NCBI GenBank assembly: GCA_965215015.1
Contig: OZ244042.1
Span: 1,952,001-2,016,000, forward strand
Direction of reading: 5' to 3'
DNA: 64,000 nt
Source: Candidatus Poribacteria bacterium
GTDB lineage: Bacteria; Poribacteria; WGA-4E; PCPOR2b
In this document: positions 19,801 through 29,700 of the stretch, one piece after another
Position numbering within the stretch: position 1 is the first letter of the stretch
Layout of the letters: every line of letters begins with the position of its first letter
Translations under genes and position numbers: made by a program
Notes under the pieces: model-generated
Databases searched by the model: none
The model's input: the letters and a program-made list of their open reading frames with translations, nothing else
What the model was told of the DNA's origin: nothing

Positions 19801-21055
19801 TATAGTTTGTCGTTAGACCGTCTGCTTTGGTGTAGGTTCTCCACGTTTTTTCGCGAAGTGAGTAGCGGCTCAAACCTTTATTTGTACCAGCCCAGAGGGC
19901 ATTCCCAGTCGAAACCACTACCTTAACCTGATTCGACACCAGCGTATCCCGTCTGGAATACCACGTCCACCCATCTGTCACTTTATCGTATCGCCCCAAA
20001 CCGTGCTCGTATGTGCCAATCCAAATATTCCTACCATCAACAGCTAACGCGGTAATGTGATCGCTAACCAATCCCTGCGCTGTCGTGTACTTGAACCAAG
20101 TGTCTACCGTTGTGATGTACCGCCGAATTCCACGATCCGCCGAACCAAACCAGACATTGTCGCCATCAACTGCTATCGCTCGGATGAAATCGCTCTCTAT
20201 ACGATCCGTTCGGGTATGGCTTTCAGTAAAGGTCTGGTTGATTGTACTGTACTTGCTTACACCCGATTTCTCCGTACCCACCCAAACAGCGTCAGGACTC
20301 AAAGCGATATAGCGGATATGGTTTTCTACCAACCCTTCCTCTTTCGTGTAAGCGTTCCACGCGTCCTTGGGTTTATCGTAGCGTCGGAGCCCGTCTTCTG
20401 TGCCGAACCAAACATACTTGGATTCCACTGCAACTGCGGTGATTGCGTTAAATTGATCTTTATCCTTCTCCTGTTGTAACGCCCACGCCCTAGTAGTCTT
20501 ATCATAACGCGAAATGCCCGCATCGGTACCAACCCAGATATAATTTCCGTCCACAGCGATTGCGGTCACTTTGTTGCTGGCCAAGCCGTCACGCCGCTGG
20601 AACTTTTTCCAATGGTTAGTTTCCAAGTCATAAAGACTAACGCCGAGAGGCGTACCTATCCAGACCGATTTCCCATCGGCGGCGATTGCGATAACATCAT
20701 CAGAGAGGAGCCCGTCCTCCCTGTCTAATTTTGTCCAACGATTGTCTGCTTTATGATAGACGCTGACCCCCCGATCTGTCCCTACCCAGACGTGGTCAAC
20801 TGAAGTTGAAACACAGCGGACATTATCGCTCACTAACGCTTGTTCCGCTGCTGCTTGGGTAATCGCAGCTTCCTCCAAAACAGTTGACTTGTCTGCCCGT
20901 TGATCAATTTGGCTGAGACCACACCCAAGGTGAAATAGCAGCATCAAAACTTGAAAGCAGAATAACGAGACAACGGGATAACGGGACAACAGTGGCCCTT
21001 TCGTTTTCACGTTCTCTCGGCTGCCCGTTTTTAGATCCCCATTAATCTTCCGCAT
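16862..21055 (-). CDS. Giant beta-propeller repeat lipoprotein (paralog 3; two-component-regulator-propeller-type repeats)
   Basis: Lipobox HLGC; many GL..N.V.AIA.DG..VW.GT..G.SRYD repeats; start MRKIN at 21055 overlaps the upstream stop. Confidence 0.85.
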   Translation of the reverse strand: MRKINGDLKTGSRENVKTKGPLLSRYPVVSLFCFQVLMLLFHLGCGLSQIDQRADKSTVLEEAAITQAAAEQALVSDNVRCVSTSVDHVWVGTDRGVSVYHKADNRWTKLDREDGLLSDDVIAIAADGKSVWIGTPLGVSLYDLETNHWKKFQRRDGLASNKVTAIAVDGNYIWVGTDAGISRYDKTTRAWALQQEKDKDQFNAITAVAVESKYVWFGTEDGLRRYDKPKDAWNAYTKEEGLVENHIRYIALSPDAVWVGTEKSGVSKYSTINQTFTESHTRTDRIESDFIRAIAVDGDNVWFGSADRGIRRYITTVDTWFKYTTAQGLVSDHITALAVDGRNIWIGTYEHGLGRYDKVTDGWTWYSRRDTLVSNQVKVVVSTGNALWAGTNKGLSRYSLREKTWRTYTKADGLTTNYITSLVGDANDGTLWVGTSLGLGRLEGERWRFYTERNGLANNFVTCISLSNQVWVGTKCGLSVLIGDSPTSPQSGIETISRSTNQQNSSMGVPLAPSSSRPTFRASPSYLTSKWVTAVQAIDEEIWAGTTEGLYRRDAATDKFEPFPMVTDYVNTLAFSPDGRLLVGTRNGLWVIRDGMSTHITEGLPNLNVRTVAVDRETIWIGTPGGVARSDGIRVQQVVTMHPEGLLHDNVQSIAVVGEQVFFGTVAGLAVYEMGEDRWEKHTPYRDTEILREDPARWIELDGHYLWVLNWAASPNGAILKFDRRTDTWVEYTKNALPLSSEVPFITSISRLAVGAENVWCATGDGGVLQYNKASDTWTHFTKSSGLPGHHATLIEIDAPTGVWVAFLGGVAAHYDKRTKEWESVKVTEAGPGTYIEDIACTKDYVWFSTNGVGVKRYERATKTWRSYTEAQGMASRSGQWIAADGEGVWTSGGSSYSWVSDRGTSGVSYYQPTNDTWTIYDRRKGLRVDWNRYGQVSEDYVWCFGWSGISRYDKIGKSWTSFTHNDGLPDSGVEAVGEDSDGFWVGTGSKGVLKYSRASGAWTTFTVEDGLVHDSVWRYQLKVDSKHVWVGTSRGLSRYDKEKGTWTSFTKPTTLADRRSVAVATDPRYVWVGTHRGLSRYDKQYDRWRHFQKSEEESEGDGEDNGDEEEEAEEEDEQKEEKNELVDNNVIDLSVGKRYIWIATEGGVGRYDKIADRFESYTEDNQLPSVDIRAVVENRSDVWIGTKNGISKHSILSDDRNAWETYNAAIEILPTVEGKYGKSLKNDDVRCLAVDDNRVWVGTKRGVSLYALRQGMWTTFTQKDGLASDEVSCITIDKEQVWFGSGRGVTVYDTVNETWKILTEADGLGSNLITSMAIRGDRVWFGTFDKGVTMLDKTSGQFTTFTKVDGLPHNGILSIAIDGDYLWFGTHGGLTRYDSLTGAWTVYTERFDHDGI

Positions 21056-24000
21056 AACTTGTCCATGTCCCTGTTTTCTGATTGTAGCGACACAAACCCC
21101 GCTCCGTGCCAAACCAGAGTTGGTCACCATCAAACGCGATTGCCTCGACTCGATTATGGGGCAAGCCATCGTCCATATTAAAGATACGCCAGCTACCCGT
21201 GTTTCTATCCAGTCGTGTAACTCCCGCATCTGCCGAACCAAACCAGATTTCCTCCCCGTTCAAAGCGATGCAGGTAACAACATCGCCCCCCAAACCGTCC
21301 GATCGGGTGTAAGTAACAAAATCCCCAGATTCGATGTTGTACTTTGTCGCACCCTTACCCGTACCGAACCAGAGGGCTTCTCCATCAATGACGATGACGC
21401 TAGTGTCTGTCAGGTTGCTCTGAAGCCCGAGCTTATCAAGGACAGAGCTACCTGTGATCAGGGCTTCCCATGTCTTTTTTGCTGTATCATACCGGCAAGC
21501 CCCTTTGTCCGTGCCAAACCAGACCATCTCCTCACCGACCGCAACGCAACGAACATCATCACTCAGAAGAGTCTCTGCGTATTTCTTATCATCACCCATG
21601 CCTTTGATTTCCAGGGCGTGTGTGTATGACTCCCAAGCATTTGGATCATCAGACAGACGGTTGAAGGTTGCAACGCCCCGGTCTGTCGAGATCCATAAGT
21701 CGTAGCCTCTTACGTCCAAATCTCGGATAGTATTGGAAGGCAAACCGTTTTCAACGGTGTAGGTTTCCCAGCGATCACCGGCTTTATCGTAGCGCAGGAC
21801 GCCTCTGTTGGTGCCGAGCCAGGCGTATTTTTCGTCAATCGCTAGGCAGGTGACACCGGGTGTATCGTCCTCCCCATCCTCCACCCCCTTTAGACGGGGA
21901 GCAAACCAACGATCTGTTTGCTTGTCGTATCGATGTAAGCCATTGGTCGTTGCCAACCACACATAACGTGCTTCGGCGGCAATTGCGTACACCTTCGACT
22001 CGCGAAGCGTCCGTGTCAGAGGCGACTGGGTGAAAGTCGTCCATGCCTCTGTCTTGAGGTCATATCGGCTCAATCCCCCGGCTGTTCCCACCCAAGCATA
22101 GTTGTCATCTACCACTAGGGAATACTCAATGAGGTCGTTACTTGCGAGACCATTTTCCTCACTGAAAAATGTCCAATCCTTTGCGGCTTTGTTATACCGA
22201 GCCAATCCCTGTTCGTCCGCCGCGAACCAGACCGCGCCGGTAGTTTCCACAACTTGCATCGTGCGGTCAAAATTAACACCCTCCATCTGTGGGAGTTTCA
22301 ATGTCGTCCACGAGTCTGTTTTATTGTGATACTTCGACGCAATGGCACCACTCCCGCTCCACCCTGAGTACCTAAGCCAAACGCCATCCAGTCCCCTGTC
22401 GATCCCGTAGTTCACGCCTGAGAGCACCCGCCAGCTTGAAAATATCTCCCATTCTCCCGTCCGTCGATTATAACGGCTAGCATCTCCCCATCCCGTAACC
22501 CAGACATAATCGCCTGCGATGAGCAAATCATTGGTTTCATTGTTTCCCAAACCGTGCGCTTCCGTGATAGAGATCCATCGATCCGCCAATTTATCGTACT
22601 GCTTAATTCCTTCCCAAACCGTCGTCACCCAGACATATCGCGGATCGACCGCAATGGTCCCAATATTACTCCATTCTACACTTGGCACGATTTCATAAGT
22701 TTCCCATGTATCCGTCTCAAGTGAATAACGGCTCACCACACCGCCAATATGCGCTGTCCAGAGATATGGGGCATCAAGAACAATCGTCCAAACTTCATTG
22801 TTTGGCAGACCATCCTCCACCGTATAATGACGCCACCTATCCGTCGCTTTATCGTAGCGTAACAACCCGCCGTTGGTGCCGACCCAAACCGCATTTCCAC
22901 CCACAGTCAGCGCGTGGATGCGCGTGATTGGCCTCTCAATAGATTTCAATGGGAGGTCTGCTTTGCTGAAAAAGCGAAACGTATCTGTTCGTCCGTTATA
23001 CCTTACGATGGCCCCGTCTGTAGAATCCTTCCAATTACCAAACCAGAGCCCATCCCCGTCTTCCGCCAGCTTGCTGACCCAATTCGAGTGCAGCATTTCT
23101 GTCGTTGTCGCTGCAACGTGTTTCGACCAGTCGCCTGTCCCTTCATCCAAACAGCTGACTCCGGCGGTCGTACCTACCCAAACCTTCCCACCATTCTTTG
23201 AAATGGTTTTGACGTTATCGGAGGCGAGTCCCTCGTTAGTGTTCTCGCGGGTATAATGCGTCCATGCGGCTTCTGTGATGTTGTACTTTGCCAGTCCCAA
23301 CGGTGTTCCTATCCAGATGGTATCGTCATCAACGACAATCGCTCTGACATTGGCATGAGGAGCGTTTAATAAAGGCGCGAAAGACCGTTCGTTGTCTCGT
23401 TTTTTTCTTGCTGCGTTTTCTTTTTCTATGATGGTTGACCGGTCTAACCGCACCAAGCCGGACAGCGTGCCTATCCAGATAGAATTACCCTCTATTCCAA
23501 CGGTGTTAATCACCGCCGAAGGCAGCCCATCCGTCTCAGTCAGTTTGCCCGCAATACGGGCAGACCGATTATAGTAGATAAGACCATCTGTGGTAGCAAT
23601 CCAGACGAAATTGTCATCTAGTTTGATGTCATTAATCCAACCGGAGACTTGCAACCCAGACGGATGTGTATTCCATTTTCGGTTTTGAGGTTCGTAGGTT
23701 GAGAGTCCAGCTCTTGTTCCAATCCATAGGCGTGAGAACGTGCTCTGAGCACCTCTATGCTCCGACTCCCATGCAATACAGGTCACGAAATCATGTGCCA
23801 ATCCATCTTTCGTCGCAAAAAACGTCCACCTGTCTTCGTTTTTATGTTGAGAGGCAAATTTCGCCACCTTGTTCTCTTTTGATTCTACCGGAATTTGCCT
23901 CTTGCCTAAACCGCGCGGTGTGCCGACCCAGAGATCTTTCCCTACTTCCACAACAGCGGTAATGTAGTTATCCGCCAAACCATCTGCCTTACTCAACGTC

Positions 24001-25145
24001 CGCCAATTAAGTGCCGCCGAAAATTCTGGACCTTCGAGATAAGTTGCTTGGTTCAATCCGGATCGTGTTGCTACCCAAACTGACTCATCCGTCGCTAAAA
24101 TGTGCTTTACGTCATTATCACTCAATGCCTTAATTGCGCCATAAACCCTCCACGTTTCATGGCGCAAGTCATATCGTACCAGTCCATGCTCATACGTACC
24201 GAACCACACTACATTGCCATCTGCGGCAATTGCCGTGATATGATTGGAAGGCAACCCGCCTTCTGTCGTGTATTCCCGCCATGTATTAACAGATAAAATG
24301 TAGCGTTGGGCACCACTGTCAGCAGTCCCTAACCATAGTGACGTTCCGTCTACTGCCAGTGCGTTTATCTGATCGCTCGTCAGCCGATCCCTTTTGGTGT
24401 ACGCCCTAACAAACTCCGAATTTCGTTGATCATAGCGACTGAGGCCCTTATTCTCCGTGCCGAACCAAACAGAATCCTCATCGGCGGCAATCGCAGTCAC
24501 ACTGTTATCGATAAGGCCGCTGTCCTTATCATAGTTGTTCCATGAATCGGTGAGTTTGTCATATCTGGAAACCCCGTTCTCCGTACCGACCCAGATGTAG
24601 TCATCATCAATTGTAATCTGTGTAACAGTGTCACCCGCGAGCCCATCCGCCTCGCGCTTCCGTGCCCAACTGTTTGTCTGTTTGTCATAGCGGGAAAGTC
24701 CGTTGGGGGTGCCAAGCCAGATAAATCTCGAATCAGCAGCAATGCAGGAGACCTCTCGCCCTGCCAAGCCATCGCGCGGCATGTAGCGTGTCCACACATT
24801 CGTCTCCATTTCATAACGACTCACGCCATCGCGTGTGCCGATCCAGATCTGAGTGTCGTCCAAAGCAATCGATAAAACGTAGTTGTGAGCCAAACCGTCT
24901 CTCACAGTGAAGTTACTCCACCGACCTTGCATCTTATCGTATCGACTTAACCCCCGGTCAGTACCTACCCACAAATAACGTGAATCAACAGCTAGGGATA
25001 GAACGCGGTCACTCAGGAGCTGGCTGGCTACACCTCCCTCCTCATCAACGAAAAAATCAGGGTGCATCTGCCGTGGATCATGTATAGAACAACTCGCCAA
25101 AGACAGGAGTATTATGAACCCCAAGATTATAGGGACTTGACGCAT
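21042..25145 (-). CDS. Giant beta-propeller repeat lipoprotein (paralog 2)
   Basis: Lipobox LASC after start MRQVP at 25145; same repeat throughout; no kinase or TM tail. Confidence 0.87.
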   Translation of the reverse strand: MRQVPIILGFIILLSLASCSIHDPRQMHPDFFVDEEGGVASQLLSDRVLSLAVDSRYLWVGTDRGLSRYDKMQGRWSNFTVRDGLAHNYVLSIALDDTQIWIGTRDGVSRYEMETNVWTRYMPRDGLAGREVSCIAADSRFIWLGTPNGLSRYDKQTNSWARKREADGLAGDTVTQITIDDDYIWVGTENGVSRYDKLTDSWNNYDKDSGLIDNSVTAIAADEDSVWFGTENKGLSRYDQRNSEFVRAYTKRDRLTSDQINALAVDGTSLWLGTADSGAQRYILSVNTWREYTTEGGLPSNHITAIAADGNVVWFGTYEHGLVRYDLRHETWRVYGAIKALSDNDVKHILATDESVWVATRSGLNQATYLEGPEFSAALNWRTLSKADGLADNYITAVVEVGKDLWVGTPRGLGKRQIPVESKENKVAKFASQHKNEDRWTFFATKDGLAHDFVTCIAWESEHRGAQSTFSRLWIGTRAGLSTYEPQNRKWNTHPSGLQVSGWINDIKLDDNFVWIATTDGLIYYNRSARIAGKLTETDGLPSAVINTVGIEGNSIWIGTLSGLVRLDRSTIIEKENAARKKRDNERSFAPLLNAPHANVRAIVVDDDTIWIGTPLGLAKYNITEAAWTHYTRENTNEGLASDNVKTISKNGGKVWVGTTAGVSCLDEGTGDWSKHVAATTTEMLHSNWVSKLAEDGDGLWFGNWKDSTDGAIVRYNGRTDTFRFFSKADLPLKSIERPITRIHALTVGGNAVWVGTNGGLLRYDKATDRWRHYTVEDGLPNNEVWTIVLDAPYLWTAHIGGVVSRYSLETDTWETYEIVPSVEWSNIGTIAVDPRYVWVTTVWEGIKQYDKLADRWISITEAHGLGNNETNDLLIAGDYVWVTGWGDASRYNRRTGEWEIFSSWRVLSGVNYGIDRGLDGVWLRYSGWSGSGAIASKYHNKTDSWTTLKLPQMEGVNFDRTMQVVETTGAVWFAADEQGLARYNKAAKDWTFFSEENGLASNDLIEYSLVVDDNYAWVGTAGGLSRYDLKTEAWTTFTQSPLTRTLRESKVYAIAAEARYVWLATTNGLHRYDKQTDRWFAPRLKGVEDGEDDTPGVTCLAIDEKYAWLGTNRGVLRYDKAGDRWETYTVENGLPSNTIRDLDVRGYDLWISTDRGVATFNRLSDDPNAWESYTHALEIKGMGDDKKYAETLLSDDVRCVAVGEEMVWFGTDKGACRYDTAKKTWEALITGSSVLDKLGLQSNLTDTSVIVIDGEALWFGTGKGATKYNIESGDFVTYTRSDGLGGDVVTCIALNGEEIWFGSADAGVTRLDRNTGSWRIFNMDDGLPHNRVEAIAFDGDQLWFGTERGLCRYNQKTGTWTSYAED

Positions 25146-25321
25146 ATTTGTGTGCCTCTTCTGTAGAAAACAACAATCTTTGTGCCCCAATCAAGACATT
25201 TTTCCAAAACCGTGAAATAGTCTGTCTCTTCTGCAATGTTTTGGCTCAATCTTGACGCGAGAAGAATCCCTTTAAGGGCCAACCTTCTATGGAATTGACT
25301 TCTACATATTCTATTTTCAAA

Positions 25322-28300
25322 TCACCTTCGGTCTTCTTCTTCATCAAAATGTGGGGTAAAAATTGTCCACGTATCTGTCACTATATCATGCCGACTGAGT
25401 CCACGCTCAGTCCCTACCCAAACGGAATCCCCATCTATCGCAAGCGCAAACACACGATTATGACTGAGTCCATCTTTTTGTGTAAAGTGTTTCCATTCTG
25501 TTGTTGCCTTATGGTAGCGGGACACGCCAGCATCAAAACTGCCGAACCAGACGAAATCACCATTTGCAACGATACTGGTAATCTGATCGCTGGCTAAACC
25601 GTCAGACGGTGTGAAGAGGCGCCATTCTTCTGTCTTCGTGTTTAATCTGCTGACACCCCCTTCTGTGCCAAACCACACCCAATCCCCGTCAATGCAAATA
25701 CTACTCACTTTGTTCCGATACAATCCAGCCCGCTTCGTATAAGTTACCCAGACCTCCTTTTTCATGTCATAGCGACTGATGCCTCTCTCTGTCCCCACCC
25801 AGACGTAGCGATCTCCCACTGCTATACTAGTAACGCGGTTATCTACAAGACTGTTAGCGTATTCTTGAGATAATAGCATTGTGTCCACATCGTCTGCACG
25901 TGTGAAGGTCTCCCAAGCATTAGGGTCGTCCGAAAGTGTATTGTATCTGCTCACCCCTTTCTCTGTGCCGACCCATAAGGTGCGTCCTTTCACATCGGCA
26001 ACCTTGACAAATGTGTCGGCTAGACCGTTTTCTGCTTCGTGCTGATCCGCCCAATGCGCCGATTTGTCGAACCGGGTTACACCCTTGGCAGTTGCTATCC
26101 ACAAATATTTGTCGTCGGTGACAAGATCGTTCACAGGTTCCTCCACAATGCGCTTCTCCAACCATAAGTCATTTTGTTTATCGTAGCGCCTGGCTCCCCA
26201 ATCTGTTCCGCAATACAGGTAGCGAGAATCGACAGCAATTGCATGCACCACTTCAGCGGGCACAGCGCGTCTCCCCGTATATACCGTCCAGCTATCTTTA
26301 CGCATGTCATAACGACTGATACCGTTGGGACCACCCAGCCAAAGGAAGTTGTCCTCAGCTTTCAAAGTTGGATAGTTTATCCGATTATTCAGCAGACCAT
26401 CCTCTTCCGTAAAAACCGTCCAAGATGAGGCTGCCTTATCGTATCGACTGATACCGTGCTCTCGGCTTCCGAACCACACGAATTCAGTCGTTTCTTGAAC
26501 ATCTCTGAAATTGTTTCCTACATTCTCTGGATGTCCTCGGAAGACCTGCCAAGTCTGATTGGCCCTATGAAATCCGCTGGCGGGGACCGTATCGTCATTT
26601 TCCCACCAGCTCTGGTTATACAACACCCACATATAGTCTATCCCAGAGATAACTTCCCGAATCCGGTCAGCAACCAACCCTTTGCTGGAATCAATGATGA
26701 CCCAGCTATCTGTATGCTCATCATACTTGCTCAAGCCCTCACCCCAACCATAAGCCCAGACATCGTCATTGTCCACGACAACAAAGCCGATGGTTGCATC
26801 CAATAGACCATTCGCTGCAGTGTAACGTTTCCATGTTTCGTTCTGTTTGTCGTAACGTGCCACTCCCTCCATCTGTGCTGGAACCCAGACATAACGCCTA
26901 TCCGCCGCAAGGCGCGTGCGATATGATTCCATATCAGGGGAGACTTCCTTAAAAACCACCTGATGGGTTTCCCATTTATCCCTATCCCGCCGATACCGAC
27001 AGATTCGATTATCTCTCAAAACGACCCATACGTCATTTCCATCAACCATCAATGTTGTCGTTTTGCTCGCTGCCAGCCCATCTTTGACGGTGTAGTGCCT
27101 CCACGTATCCGAATTTTTATAATAAGCGAGCACTCCCCCATCCGTGGCAAACCATACACTGTCATCAGTCACCTCCATCCAATCAATTTGGGTGATGAGA
27201 GGCAAATTCTGCCAATCATTCCTTTTTTTATCGTAGCGGAACTTGCCTCTTGGTATCTGACTATTCGGGGGGGGCGGATGTAGGGGGGCTTTACCAACTT
27301 GCCTGGAATCTCGCTCTGATTGGTGGGACCCGCTCTGGTAGATTTCCGTCACATCCTCCTTCATGTAATGCGTCCAAGTTCCGGTGCGCTTGTCATACCG
27401 AATGATTTCTCCGTTGGCGGTGCCCCCCCATGCCAAAAACCACACCCAATCACCATCTAGTGCTGTGTGTTGTATACTGCTGTGGCGCAGAATAACCGTC
27501 CGTTCCTTTGCGCGAATCGCTCGCCAAGAGTTGTCTTCAGGAGAGTATACACCCAATCCGCCGATTGTCCCCAGCCAAATTTGATCGTCTACCACGCAAA
27601 TATCCCGCACGTTTTCGTGTCCCATCGCTACCCCTGGCTGAGTTAAATTGAATTGTCTCCAATCCAATCCTGGCACGGCGGAAACCCAACTGTTGCGAGG
27701 AAGTACACCTAACCCGCCCGGTGTACCGACCCAAAGGGCGTCTTGGGTGATAGCGAGTGTTCTTACGTTGTTATTCGGCAGTCCATCTGCCCTTGTAAAG
27801 TTGTGCCATCTTTTCTCCCGTTTATCGAATATGGAAAGTCCTTGTTGTGTCCCGACCCAAAGTCTGTTCTTCTCACTTGCAATCGCGTTGACGTGATGCG
27901 TGAAACGTGATGCGTGAAACGTGACACGTTGATTGGTTAAATCGCTGTTCTGCGAGTCCGTGAGTCGAGCTAGCCCTCGATTGGTTCCAAGCCAAAGGGA
28001 GTTGTTGTCAACGGCGATCGCGTTTATCCACGTTCCTTGCAGCTCCTTAAAAGTATGCCATTTGCCGTTCTGCTGATTATATTGACAAAGCCCATTGCGT
28101 GTGCCGATCCAGACCACCTGATCAACCACAGCTACATCAAGGACAAAATCGCTAGGAAGTCCATGCCGCCGCCGCCAGAATTTCCACCGATTGTTCTGAT
28201 ACCGCCCCACCCCCTTTGACGTTCCAACCCAGATTTTATCATCGTCAGCGACAACGCGGGTAATATAATTGGTTGTCAATCCCTGTGCTTTGGTATAGGT

Positions 28301-29452
28301 TTTCCACCCCCCAGATTGCAGGTCAAATCGACTGAGCCCCATCGCCGTACCGATCCAAAGGACACCATCCTGTTCTGCAATCGATTTGATGTTATCGCTC
28401 ACTAAGCCTTCCGCCCTCTTGACGGTACTCCACAACCCCCGAATCTTATCAAATCGTGCTAGCCCATCCTCGTAAGTGCCGAACCAAACATACTTGCCAT
28501 CGACTGCTATCGTTGTGATATTTGACGATGGAAGTCCATCCTCCATTTTATAGTGAACCCATGTGTCAACAGGTTTAATGTATCTTTGAACACCCTCGTT
28601 TGCTGTGCCAATCCAGACATACAGACCATCAACCAAGATGTAATTAATCTTATCTGTTTCGAGTAGATCTGTGCGCGTATAGGTTTTTACAAATGTCTGC
28701 TCTGTGTTGCTGTATAAACTGACCCCGGCATTTTGTGTGCCGAACCAGATGAAATCCTCATCAACAGCGATAGTTGTAACATTGTCGTCCGCCAAACCCG
28801 CGCTTGTCGTCAACTGCGTCCACGAATCGATCTTCTTATCATATCTAGATACACCTTTATCGGTTGCAAACCAGACATATTCTTCCTCCACAGCGATAGC
28901 GGAAATCTGATTACTGGTCAAGCCACCATCGTCGGTGGTGCGAAGTGCCCAAACATCAATCGCTTTATTATATCGGCTCAATCCTTTATCTGTACCAAAC
29001 CAGATGTAGTGCCCATCTACACCGATGGCCATCACGCGATTGCTCGGCAGCCCGTCGTTACGGGTATAAGTTGTCCATCTATCGATTTCGGGTTGATATT
29101 TTGAAACGCCGGATTCTGTTCCAAACCACACGGTATCCGCATCTATCGCTACACTAGACACCTTGTTATTCGCCAATCCATCTTCCACAGTGTAGCTTAT
29201 CCACAAATTTTCGTGTTTGTTGAAACGATTAATCCCTTTGTCGGTTGCGACCCAGATGTGTTTGGTATCTGCTGCAATAGCGTTGACCTGATCGCTTAAA
29301 AGCGCGGTTGTTACCCAGGGCGTAGATTGATTCATCGCTTCTGATGTCTCATCAGGCGCAGTAAAGGTACATCCAATAAGAGATAGTAAAATAACACAAG
29401 CTGCCACTTTAATCAGCCAAGCCTCAGAGATAGGAAACGACCTGAACTGCAT
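25322..29452 (-). CDS. Giant beta-propeller repeat lipoprotein (paralog 1)
   Basis: Lipobox LIGC; start uncertain (29452, 29500 or 29542); same repeat architecture. Confidence 0.85.
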   Translation of the reverse strand: MQFRSFPISEAWLIKVAACVILLSLIGCTFTAPDETSEAMNQSTPWVTTALLSDQVNAIAADTKHIWVATDKGINRFNKHENLWISYTVEDGLANNKVSSVAIDADTVWFGTESGVSKYQPEIDRWTTYTRNDGLPSNRVMAIGVDGHYIWFGTDKGLSRYNKAIDVWALRTTDDGGLTSNQISAIAVEEEYVWFATDKGVSRYDKKIDSWTQLTTSAGLADDNVTTIAVDEDFIWFGTQNAGVSLYSNTEQTFVKTYTRTDLLETDKINYILVDGLYVWIGTANEGVQRYIKPVDTWVHYKMEDGLPSSNITTIAVDGKYVWFGTYEDGLARFDKIRGLWSTVKRAEGLVSDNIKSIAEQDGVLWIGTAMGLSRFDLQSGGWKTYTKAQGLTTNYITRVVADDDKIWVGTSKGVGRYQNNRWKFWRRRHGLPSDFVLDVAVVDQVVWIGTRNGLCQYNQQNGKWHTFKELQGTWINAIAVDNNSLWLGTNRGLARLTDSQNSDLTNQRVTFHASRFTHHVNAIASEKNRLWVGTQQGLSIFDKREKRWHNFTRADGLPNNNVRTLAITQDALWVGTPGGLGVLPRNSWVSAVPGLDWRQFNLTQPGVAMGHENVRDICVVDDQIWLGTIGGLGVYSPEDNSWRAIRAKERTVILRHSSIQHTALDGDWVWFLAWGGTANGEIIRYDKRTGTWTHYMKEDVTEIYQSGSHQSERDSRQVGKAPLHPPPPNSQIPRGKFRYDKKRNDWQNLPLITQIDWMEVTDDSVWFATDGGVLAYYKNSDTWRHYTVKDGLAASKTTTLMVDGNDVWVVLRDNRICRYRRDRDKWETHQVVFKEVSPDMESYRTRLAADRRYVWVPAQMEGVARYDKQNETWKRYTAANGLLDATIGFVVVDNDDVWAYGWGEGLSKYDEHTDSWVIIDSSKGLVADRIREVISGIDYMWVLYNQSWWENDDTVPASGFHRANQTWQVFRGHPENVGNNFRDVQETTEFVWFGSREHGISRYDKAASSWTVFTEEDGLLNNRINYPTLKAEDNFLWLGGPNGISRYDMRKDSWTVYTGRRAVPAEVVHAIAVDSRYLYCGTDWGARRYDKQNDLWLEKRIVEEPVNDLVTDDKYLWIATAKGVTRFDKSAHWADQHEAENGLADTFVKVADVKGRTLWVGTEKGVSRYNTLSDDPNAWETFTRADDVDTMLLSQEYANSLVDNRVTSIAVGDRYVWVGTERGISRYDMKKEVWVTYTKRAGLYRNKVSSICIDGDWVWFGTEGGVSRLNTKTEEWRLFTPSDGLASDQITSIVANGDFVWFGSFDAGVSRYHKATTEWKHFTQKDGLSHNRVFALAIDGDSVWVGTERGLSRHDIVTDTWTIFTPHFDEEEDRR

Positions 29453-29700
29453 AGTATGGCCAAGTAGCCTTCCCCTATAAATTGCACCGAAACGGGTCAT
29501 AGCGTGGATTCCCCACTTTTTTATCTTTATCCAATTCTTCACAAAACCACAAAACTATGAAAATTCCGAGAATGTCTTAACGGTGTTCTTCAACTAGGGC
29601 GTGTTGACATTTGACAGCCCGTAGGTTGAAGACTCTCCGAACGGAGTTGGGTTGAACGGGAACCTGAAATCCAACTTTCAATCCAAAAGAAGCGGGAAAC

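Noticed and set aside
21056-21241. Long N-terminal extension of the 1459-aa ORF
   Set aside because: It overlaps the upstream paralog in another frame; a start at 21055 (or GTG at 21010) fits the lipoprotein signal better
16862-29452. Hybrid two-component sensor kinases
   Set aside because: Propeller repeats run to the C-terminus; no Y_Y_Y, TM, kinase or receiver domains; lipoboxes are present
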